This document shows, in pieces, positions 1 through 7,922 of a stretch of DNA of 64,000 nucleotides. Each line of letters begins with the position of its first letter. Positions within the stretch are counted from its first letter, which is position 1. Where the stretch lies: assembly GCA_963693055.1 (NCBI GenBank), contig OY843751.1:4128001-4192000 (forward strand), read 5' to 3'. A program made the translations under genes and the position numbers. The stretch is from a bacterium. GTDB taxonomy: Bacteria; Zhuqueibacterota; Zhuqueibacteria; Residuimicrobiales; Krinioviventaceae. The notes below the pieces were generated by a model that saw only the letters and a program-made list of their open reading frames with translations, had not been told where the DNA came from and searched no databases.

Positions 1-853
1 CTTCATTGGTAAAACTACCGCTTGGAAACTGAATGCGATCAGACACAACCTGCTGCTCGGCAGGTTGTATTTCAATATTTTCCGGCTGCCATTTTTCCTG
101 GGGATCATATAAACAAAATCCTATTTCAATACTGGCATTGTAAATTTCAAACCAATCCGCATCAGTCAAACGTTCGGCACACATGGGCAAAAGGATTTTC
201 TCTTCTTTATAAACCATCTCTTCCAAAGCCGTGGTAGCAGGTATAATGAGAAACTCGACAATGGATTCCAGATCATCTTTGAGTATCTCTCCTTCAACAG
301 CTAATCCTTCATGCACTGCTTTAAGCTGCTCGCGTATCTCGTCATGTTTGCCCCACATTACTGTGGGAGGACCTGTAATACCTAGTTTTTCCAGAAACGG
401 GAACAATAGATTTTCTTTACGCCGGTAATGCTTGTCCACATCTGACAGATTGTTAAAATGCTGTTTATATTGGATGATCAGATCAGCCGGCTCTCCATCT
501 TTAATCTTTTTATTGAGCGCTTCAAGCCCCGCGATTTCCAGCTGAATGGCCCGGTTCTCCTGCACAAAAGTATGGATCGGGTGACCGGCTGGAACATCCA
601 GCGAATTGTCTTCTGAAACAACTCCTTTTAATGCCTGGGAATGTACATCACACAGCTTGATCACTTCTTCCTGTGGTAATCCTTCGGCAATCAGTTCCTG
701 TTCAACTTCTACCACTTCACCATAGGGCACTTGTCCCAGCATATCGAGCAACTGGCTCCTTACCACATCAGCTTCTTTGCCCTCGTGCAATTGCAAAATC
801 ATATGCTTTAACAATTGCTTGCGTTTATCTATATTATTTATCAATTCACTCAT
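1..853 (-). CDS. DUF438/hemerythrin-domain protein (runs off the left edge)
   Basis: Not in the ORF track. Manual translation from ATG at 853 gives MSELINNIDKRKQLLKHMILQLHEGKE...EVEQELIAEGLPQEEVIKLCDVHS...GHPIHTFVQENRAI...KHYRRKENLLFPFLEKLGITGPPTVMWGKHDEIRE, which are typical DUF438 plus hemerythrin motifs. Confidence 0.85.
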   Translation of the reverse strand, partial: MSELINNIDKRKQLLKHMILQLHEGKEADVVRSQLLDMLGQVPYGEVVEVEQELIAEGLPQEEVIKLCDVHSQALKGVVSEDNSLDVPAGHPIHTFVQENRAIQLEIAGLEALNKKIKDGEPADLIIQYKQHFNNLSDVDKHYRRKENLLFPFLEKLGITGPPTVMWGKHDEIREQLKAVHEGLAVEGEILKDDLESIVEFLIIPATTALEEMVYKEEKILLPMCAERLTDADWFEIYNASIEIGFCLYDPQEKWQPENIEIQPAEQQVVSDRIQFPSGSFTNE

Positions 854-922
854 AATGTATACCTTTCAGATATATTTATTGTTTTTACATGATAAATATA
901 ATACAGAATCCGGCTAAAATCA

Positions 923-936
923 TTGATTCACATCAA
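923..936. promoter_or_regulatory. Crp/Fnr-family binding box
   Basis: Perfect TTGAT-N4-ATCAA (TTGATTCACATCAA) about 70 bp upstream of the DUF438 start. Confidence 0.7.
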
Positions 937-992
937 GTGAAATGAGAATAATGGATTAAAATAAAAATAGAGAAAAAAGGGGGTTATTTGAT

Positions 993-1025
993 AAAAAAAA
1001 GGCCTCCTCAGAATTGGGAAGGCCT
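993..1025 (-). terminator. Rho-independent terminator
   Basis: GGCCT...AGGCC hairpin followed by U8 on the minus strand, just after the 1047..1994 stop. Confidence 0.75.
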
Positions 1026-1046
1026 CTAAGAAATATGTTACAACTA

Positions 1047-1994
1047 TTATTCTTTAAACACCGGCACTACATTACGAATACCAACCTCTCCACCCCTGGC
1101 CGGTAGTGTGATCAGCTTGCCGCCGGTGGGCCAGGCCCATTTGGTGGACTCGCCTGTAATGTATCCATACGCCAGAATGATACCGCCGGTATATTCACCC
1201 CAATAATTGTTATAATGATCATGTCCGCAAAAGGTCGCCCGAATGTTTCCCACCTCTACAAATGCATCATACACACTGCCATCGTCTTCTTCATAATAGA
1301 CTTTTTCCTTACTTTCACCCTGTTTGGGGATGCTGGTATCGTTCCACAAGTCCTGATACTGTTTTAACGGAATGTGAAAAAACGCAATTGCAGGATCATC
1401 ATACTTTTTCGACATGTCCCGGTACCAGTCCAACTGGTCTGCTTTAATGGATTTAAATCCTTTTTGTGAACCGGAATCAAAATTCCAGAGCTGCCAGGCG
1501 GTTTTATCACCAGATTTCACCTCGATTACGTAATCATATTTTTTACTGTCGCCATTGCCATGGTAACCCAACATACCCCATTGAGAGCATTCAATCACCT
1601 GGGCAATTGAATCTCTACCGAATCCGCCTTCGGGATCATGATTACCGTAAATGAACAACCAGGGACGCTCAAAAGCGTCGAAAACATTTACAACCGAAGA
1701 TACCATCAAATGGCCCTCGTTTTCCCATCCGGTCATAATATCACCGGTTAATGCAATGATGTGGGGATCATACATTTCTACCAGCTTACGCACCCGTTGA
1801 AAGGTAACAAGATCTTTTTTCCATCTTTCCGTATGGCCCAGGTGCATATCGGTAAATTGTAAAATCCGTATGGAATCCGCGCAATCACAGACGGTTACCT
1901 CAAAGCGGTCGGTATCAGTTTGAACGGGTTTGATCTGCGCAAATCCCAACAGACTGGTAAACAATAAGAGTAATACGATAATGTTTCGTTTCAT
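1047..1994 (-). CDS. Secreted calcineurin-like metallophosphoesterase
   Basis: Signal peptide; motifs QFTDMH, TGD, GNHD, FFHIP and GHDH. Confidence 0.9.
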   Translation of the reverse strand: MKRNIIVLLLLFTSLLGFAQIKPVQTDTDRFEVTVCDCADSIRILQFTDMHLGHTERWKKDLVTFQRVRKLVEMYDPHIIALTGDIMTGWENEGHLMVSSVVNVFDAFERPWLFIYGNHDPEGGFGRDSIAQVIECSQWGMLGYHGNGDSKKYDYVIEVKSGDKTAWQLWNFDSGSQKGFKSIKADQLDWYRDMSKKYDDPAIAFFHIPLKQYQDLWNDTSIPKQGESKEKVYYEEDDGSVYDAFVEVGNIRATFCGHDHYNNYWGEYTGGIILAYGYITGESTKWAWPTGGKLITLPARGGEVGIRNVVPVFKE

Positions 1995-2204
1995 TCATTT
2001 CTCCAAATCAGATAACGGTTAATCATTTACAGAAGCTAATTTAACATATATCATAATTCATTACAACGAATAATTTTCTGCTTTTGCGCCGGAACCAACG
2101 GAAATCGGTACAGTTTTTTCTTGATTGCATGGATTCATTTTCATACATTTTCATGTGGGGATATTCCCAAAATCCAAAACAATTTCGAACACACGAGGAA
2201 CACG

Positions 2205-3962
2205 ATGAAAAGTCGCACTCTTTTTTTAACAATCGTCCTGTTACTGCTATTGGGGACAACCATTACGTTTTCAGCGGATAAAGTATTAGAACAGTATAAG
2301 CAATTAATTAATAAACTTGAAAAGTACAAAACACAAAAACTCGACCAGGCCGAAATTAAAAAAATCCGTTCTGAATTAATAAACATTCAATCACAATATA
2401 ATAATTCTATAAACTCACAAAATTCAAAAACAGTTTATACAGACAGTACGGCATATGAATCGGATGATATTATCATTTCTGATCTACTGATAGAAGATTC
2501 AGGTTTTGGTTTATATCAGGTAAAAGGATTTGTTAAGAATAAATCACATCAATGTTTTGATCATCTCATAATAAACTTGCATATTTTCCAAAATGACTCC
2601 CTTGTACATACAACACCTTTATTTATACAAAAATATTCATATTCATATTTCGGTTTTTTACCATTCTCAACATCAAAGATCTGGATGTTAATGGAAAAAG
2701 TAGAATTTACAAGTTTACAATTGGATATCGATTACTCTAAAGTTGTACCCGCTGCAGGTGATAAATTTTTATGTGATCAGCTTCTTGTATTAAAAGATAA
2801 TAATTTTGAAGAACTGGAAATGTTCTATTCGCGTTGGTTAAACTGGTCCGGCTGCCTTGTAAATGCTTATAATTATTTTATTTCTTATCCGGAAATTGAA
2901 GCAATTATGTACAAAAACAATCAAATTGTAGATACGTTTCCTGTATATCTTGATATGCCTTGTCAATTATCAGAAAAAGTTGCTATCAGTATAGTCACTC
3001 AAAAACCGGACGAATGGGAGGTAATTTATTTAACCAACTGTGCAAATCAACCCATTGATATTTCAGGTTGGACTTTGGGAAACAGCATCACACCCAAAGC
3101 ATACAGAATCCCTCAAAATACTACAATAAATCCATCCGTGGGTCTTTATTTTGATGATTTGAATTTTAGCATTCTGGATGAAAATGAAACCATCTATTTA
3201 CATGACAACGAAGGAAACCTGGTTTGCACTTGGATTGATACAATTGATTATTACGCATTGGCACCTGGGAATAATATATGTTTTATGAATGGTATGTTTA
3301 TTAAAAATGATTTTGATAATGTACAGTATGAAATCTATTATGATGTTCAGTCTTTAACCGGCTCCGGCAACATTCCGCCCAACCTGCCGAAAATGAATAA
3401 ACTTATCTACAGTACTGAAACGGACGTGGAATTAACAGTTGAATTCTTTATGATAGATTATAATAACGATGACATGGAGTTAACCATCGACTGGGGAGAC
3501 GGATCAGATTTCACAACCCAATCCGGTATCGCATCCCGCTCCTTCCCACAGTTCACTCACACCTATGCGGATACGGGTACGTTCTATATCAGCGCCAAAG
3601 CATCTGACGACAGTTCGGAAACACAATGGAGTTTTGGCGTGCCGGTCCAAGTAACCAGTTCAACTACTGAAATTATTGCTGACAAATCATCAATTCCGGT
3701 ATCCTTTGCGTTGCAGCAGAATTACCCCAATCCTTTCAATCCCTCTACTACCATCAGTTATACAGTAGCGGAGAAAAGTAATGTGCGTCTTGAGGTTTTT
3801 GATGCCAGCGGCAGGCTGGTCACAACTCTGACCAACGCCGAGCACCAACCAGGTTCTTATCAACTGGACTGGAACGCCGCCACCCACAGCAGCGGCGTAT
3901 ACCTCTGCCGCATGACTGCCGGCAGTTATTCAAGCGTAAGAAAAATGTTGTTGATCAAATAA
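2205..3962 (+). CDS. Secreted protein with lamin-tail-like domain, PKD domain and C-terminal sorting (T9SS/FlgD-Ig type) domain
   Basis: GAGGA RBS before ATG 2205; signal peptide; EVIYLTN..IDISGWTL (LTD-like); IDWGDGS..HTY (PKD); NYPNPFNPST...KMLLIK CTD. Confidence 0.8.
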   Translation: MKSRTLFLTIVLLLLLGTTITFSADKVLEQYKQLINKLEKYKTQKLDQAEIKKIRSELINIQSQYNNSINSQNSKTVYTDSTAYESDDIIISDLLIEDSGFGLYQVKGFVKNKSHQCFDHLIINLHIFQNDSLVHTTPLFIQKYSYSYFGFLPFSTSKIWMLMEKVEFTSLQLDIDYSKVVPAAGDKFLCDQLLVLKDNNFEELEMFYSRWLNWSGCLVNAYNYFISYPEIEAIMYKNNQIVDTFPVYLDMPCQLSEKVAISIVTQKPDEWEVIYLTNCANQPIDISGWTLGNSITPKAYRIPQNTTINPSVGLYFDDLNFSILDENETIYLHDNEGNLVCTWIDTIDYYALAPGNNICFMNGMFIKNDFDNVQYEIYYDVQSLTGSGNIPPNLPKMNKLIYSTETDVELTVEFFMIDYNNDDMELTIDWGDGSDFTTQSGIASRSFPQFTHTYADTGTFYISAKASDDSSETQWSFGVPVQVTSSTTEIIADKSSIPVSFALQQNYPNPFNPSTTISYTVAEKSNVRLEVFDASGRLVTTLTNAEHQPGSYQLDWNAATHSSGVYLCRMTAGSYSSVRKMLLIK

Positions 3963-4085
3963 TTATTAATTCATGTATTAAATAATTGAGGAGGATGATA
4001 TCTGAATTAGTGCATTAAAAAGTTAAATAAAAGCAATTAACTAATTTTTCACACAAGACTAGACTATTAAAATCAAAGGGATGAG

Positions 4086-6893
4086 ATGAAAAATTTTAAA
4101 ACTGTTGTTTTGACTCTTGTTTTTGCAGTATCCACATTATTCGCAAACCAAAATGCATTTAACCAATTTAAAACTACAAAAGAAAAACTGGGGCAGTTGT
4201 ATAAACAATCCACATTGACAAAAGAAAATACGAACGATATACTGCAATTAAAAAAAGAACTATTTGAATTCAAGAATGAAATCAAGCAGCAGTCTATTGA
4301 TTATCCCAAAACTGTGATTGATCAAGATAGTATGATCAATCTCGGTAATAATTTTATTTTAATAAATTACAAATTATTTGACTATAGTGATGATAGCTAT
4401 AGAATAATTGGTTATATAAAAAGCACATCTGCCACATATTCACAATATGTGAGAATTAATTTTCATCAAAAAAAAGATGGAAACTGGGTAAACTCTGATT
4501 ACACATATATTGATTTTGATACTTATGAATCTTCTGGCATGTTACCCTATTCATTTTCATTTTTTGATACATTTATAGATAAAATAGATTTTGATGAAAT
4601 TGCATTTGATATAGAATATAGCGATAGTAGAGGATTTGAGAAATTTAATTGTGATCAAATATTCACAATAATATCAAATGATATAATTGAAGATGGATAT
4701 ACTGACGATTGGATGGGTTGTCTTGAAAACAATTATAATTATTCTTTTACATTTCCACAAATTTTTGCATGTTTTTTCAAGAATGGATTACTGGTTGAAT
4801 GCGATTATACTTATCTGGATACTGAATGTAATAGCAATCGATCTGTTATCATTTATTACTATACGGATTCTCCAGATGAACGTGAACAGATCACATTAAA
4901 AAATTGCACAGATAAAGCTATTGATTTATCAGGTTGGACATTAGGAAACAGCATAAACAAAAATGCCTTCACAATTCCTCAAAATACAATAATCGGAGCA
5001 GGTGACACAAAACGCTTCACACATTCTCAATTAGGCTTTGAAATACTTGATGACGATGAAGCAATATACTTGAAAGACAATGAAGGAAAAGATGTCTTTA
5101 TTTATGATGATAATTATGATTCCAACATGATGATGCCATATACATCATCCTGTTTTGATTCCTATCTTGATGTTCCAACGGATTATGATGAAGTCAAGTT
5201 TTTAAAAAGTTTCTCGATATATTCATTGGAAGGTTCAGGAAATGTACCCCCCAATATACCCAATTTCGATCAACCATCTTATAATACTAAACAAAGGCAA
5301 GAATTCAATATTGAATTATTTTTAATTGACCTTAATAATGACAACCTAACAGTAGTAATAGATTGGGGAGATGGTTCAACAAATGAGATTTCTTCTGGTC
5401 ATAATTCAAGATCATATCCAAATTTTACACATAATTATTCTCAAGAAGGTCTCTATTATATTAAATGCAAATCCAGTGATGGAGAGTTAGAGTCAGAGTG
5501 GTCTGATGAGATTTTAGTAAATGTTACAGCCATCCAGGAACTCGAAATCCAAAACACCTCAGTAAAACAAGCTATTTATCTAAATACATTTGCAGATACA
5601 TTAACCGCTACAGGTGGTATTCCCCCTTATTCCTGGGAAATAACAGGATCATTACCTCAAGGGCTTGAACTAGATAACGATAATGGTATTTTATATGGTA
5701 AACCTAAAGAATCTGGTGAATATGAAATGATCGTATCTGTATCAGATAACGGTACACCCAGTATATCAAAACAAGAAGATTTTACACTCTTTGTAATCAA
5801 TCATCCTCCTGTAGTGGAAGCAGATACATTAATAACAATTAATGAACATGACTATTTAGACATGGTTATAAACATGTCTGACCTGGACAATAATCCGATC
5901 ATAATTGATCACTCTAATCTGCCTTCATGGGCAACCTACGAAAGCGCACATATTTTTGGTACAATTCCAGAAAGTGCTCAAGACACCTTAATTAAAATAA
6001 TAGCTACGGATAATGAATTGTCAGATACACTGGTTACATTCATTGATATCATACCGGTAAACGACCCGCCACAACTGACATCAGAAAATAATATTTCTAC
6101 TCCTCAGGATACACTTTTTTCATATATAGCAAAAGCAACGGATCCTGAAGATTCATCAATTACATATGTATTTGAAAACCTTCCTTCCTGGTTAACGACA
6201 CAGGACTCTCTTGTTACCGGAATCACACCAATAGGTTCACCAGACACATCATTTACAATAATTGCTTCTGATGGTGAATTATCAGATACACTTTTGGTTA
6301 CAATTCATTTTCAAGAAAATGCTGCACCTCAAATTCAAAACATTAGCAATGTTCAATTTACCAATGATTCCAACTATATTCTTGATTTAGATTCTTGTGC
6401 AACGGATCAAGATCATGATATCGAAGAATTATCCTGGTCTGTGAAAACAATAATAGACCAACTCGTGACTGAAATTGATAATAATATTTTAACCTTGTCA
6501 GCACCAAACTGGACAGGAACAACAAATATAGTTTTAACTGTTAGTGATCCGTTAGGAGCAAAAGACAGTTTAAATATTGATATTGTTGTTACATTTCCCC
6601 TTTCTTTAAATGAAAATGAATCCATACCAAAATCATTTTCTCTAAATGCAAATTATCCCAATCCTTTCAATCCCTCCACCACAATCAGTTATACTGTGGC
6701 GGAGAAAAGCTATGTGCGTTTGGAAATATTTGATATTAACGGCAGGTTGGTCACAACCCTGACCAACGCCGAGCACCAGCCAGGATCATATCATTTGGAA
6801 TGGAATGCCGCCACTCACAGCAGTGGCGTTTACCTCTGTCGCATGACTGCCGGCAGCTATACAAACGTAAGAAAAATGTTGTTGATCAAATAG
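4086..6893 (+). CDS. Paralogous secreted protein with LTD, PKD, Ig/cadherin-like repeats and C-terminal sorting domain
   Basis: Same domain order as 2205..3962, plus ATGGIPPYSW..LPQGL (putative Ig) and NDPP/LPSWL cadherin-like repeats; CTD nearly identical to that of the upstream gene. Confidence 0.8.
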   Translation: MKNFKTVVLTLVFAVSTLFANQNAFNQFKTTKEKLGQLYKQSTLTKENTNDILQLKKELFEFKNEIKQQSIDYPKTVIDQDSMINLGNNFILINYKLFDYSDDSYRIIGYIKSTSATYSQYVRINFHQKKDGNWVNSDYTYIDFDTYESSGMLPYSFSFFDTFIDKIDFDEIAFDIEYSDSRGFEKFNCDQIFTIISNDIIEDGYTDDWMGCLENNYNYSFTFPQIFACFFKNGLLVECDYTYLDTECNSNRSVIIYYYTDSPDEREQITLKNCTDKAIDLSGWTLGNSINKNAFTIPQNTIIGAGDTKRFTHSQLGFEILDDDEAIYLKDNEGKDVFIYDDNYDSNMMMPYTSSCFDSYLDVPTDYDEVKFLKSFSIYSLEGSGNVPPNIPNFDQPSYNTKQRQEFNIELFLIDLNNDNLTVVIDWGDGSTNEISSGHNSRSYPNFTHNYSQEGLYYIKCKSSDGELESEWSDEILVNVTAIQELEIQNTSVKQAIYLNTFADTLTATGGIPPYSWEITGSLPQGLELDNDNGILYGKPKESGEYEMIVSVSDNGTPSISKQEDFTLFVINHPPVVEADTLITINEHDYLDMVINMSDLDNNPIIIDHSNLPSWATYESAHIFGTIPESAQDTLIKIIATDNELSDTLVTFIDIIPVNDPPQLTSENNISTPQDTLFSYIAKATDPEDSSITYVFENLPSWLTTQDSLVTGITPIGSPDTSFTIIASDGELSDTLLVTIHFQENAAPQIQNISNVQFTNDSNYILDLDSCATDQDHDIEELSWSVKTIIDQLVTEIDNNILTLSAPNWTGTTNIVLTVSDPLGAKDSLNIDIVVTFPLSLNENESIPKSFSLNANYPNPFNPSTTISYTVAEKSYVRLEIFDINGRLVTTLTNAEHQPGSYHLEWNAATHSSGVYLCRMTAGSYTNVRKMLLIK

Positions 6894-6924
6894 AATTGAC
6901 TCAAAATTTTATAACATATTTATA

Positions 6925-6957
6925 CTACCGGGAGATCCAATCTCCCGGTAGCTTTCT
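6925..6957. terminator. Bidirectional terminator between convergent genes; left end of the phage-like operon
   Basis: Perfect 12-bp stem CTACCGGGAGAT-cca-ATCTCCCGGTAG. Confidence 0.75.
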
Positions 6958-6959
6958 TA

Positions 6960-7235
6960 TCAGTCCTCATCCACATTGGCCAGCGGCACTTTGAACTCGC
7001 CGGCAACGGATTCGATCACGGATTTTACCGCGCTTACGGCGGCATCGTCCAGGTCTGTTCCTGAACGCTCGCTGAGCGGCTCCAGCTCTGCATCCACAAC
7101 AGGATAAAGCGTTGCAAGTGCAACAGCACCATGCTCGGGTTCACGCTCCATCAATGATTGTAAAAGCGGTTTTAATACCTGTTCCAATGCCAGTTTAATT
7201 ACCGGTGCCAGCAAATTCAACAATTGTTCTTTCAT
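6960..7235 (-). CDS. Small phage-type hypothetical protein (last gene of the virion operon)
   Basis: GGGGAG RBS; amphipathic N-terminal helix; T-x-x-DD-x-x-V motif resembling small phage lysis-region proteins. Confidence 0.55.
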   Translation of the reverse strand: MKEQLLNLLAPVIKLALEQVLKPLLQSLMEREPEHGAVALATLYPVVDAELEPLSERSGTDLDDAAVSAVKSVIESVAGEFKVPLANVDED

Positions 7236-7303
7236 GTGTTCTCCCCTTTATTGGTTATTTAATCTTTATGAGGATTTATTTCCCCTTGTGAGGTACCCCA
7301 TCA

Positions 7304-7522
7304 TTATTTATGTACCGACTTTAATCTCGTCAGCATCTGCTTTTCTCTTACCAGCGCGTCACCCCCTTCTTTTAACCGGCCCCGCTTTTCACCCAACCCA
7401 AAAGTCATCCACACAAAACCGGCTTTGCACAACCAGGGCGATATCGCTTGTCCCGCCCCCGGAATAAAATTAACCGCTCCCCCCAGACCCAAAAGCAGCA
7501 ATCCCGTCAACGTTTTTGGCAC
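7304..7522 (-). CDS. Putative holin-like small membrane protein
   Basis: AGGAGGAG RBS with GTG start; two hydrophobic segments and a basic C-terminus; positioned after the tail genes. Confidence 0.5.
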   Translation of the reverse strand: MPKTLTGLLLLGLGGAVNFIPGAGQAISPWLCKAGFVWMTFGLGEKRGRLKEGGDALVREKQMLTRLKSVHK

Positions 7523-7538
7523 ATCTCCTCCTTTCTGT

Positions 7539-7922
7539 TTATTGTTCTACAAATTTCAATTCTATATCCCGTTTGGCCTCATCCAATCCCCCTGCGTAAT
7601 ATTCAGGTATTTCACACGCCATTCTTACAGCAATATTTACAGATTCCCCCTTAACATTGCAATATTGCAACTGCATCAACTCGTCGTTCCCCGCAAGCAT
7701 TGCCAGTTTATCAAGCGTTGATCGTCTTGCGGTCCGAATGGAACAAGTATAAACATCGTATGCCTGTCCATGTCGCAGAATGAATGGCCTGCGATTCTGC
7801 AGCCGTTTCAATGTAAACGGTTGAATGGTTTTGACATTTAGGGACCGTACTTCATCCGAATAAAAAGTTAATGTGACAGCTTCCCCTCCACCGGGCACGG
7901 ATATACACAATGCTTCTGTCAT
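7539..7922 (-). CDS. Putative distal-tail/baseplate protein, paralog of 10918..11301
   Basis: 127 aa; shares FY-x-DEVR and overall pattern with 10918..11301; ATGA overlap with the upstream gene. Confidence 0.5.
   Translation of the reverse strand: MTEALCISVPGGGEAVTLTFYSDEVRSLNVKTIQPFTLKRLQNRRPFILRHGQAYDVYTCSIRTARRSTLDKLAMLAGNDELMQLQYCNVKGESVNIAVRMACEIPEYYAGGLDEAKRDIELKFVEQ

Noticed and set aside
3720-6893. The repeated CTD DNA as a DGR template/variable repeat pair
   Set aside because: Mismatches are not confined to adenines, both copies are coding, and there is no reverse transcriptase in the window.
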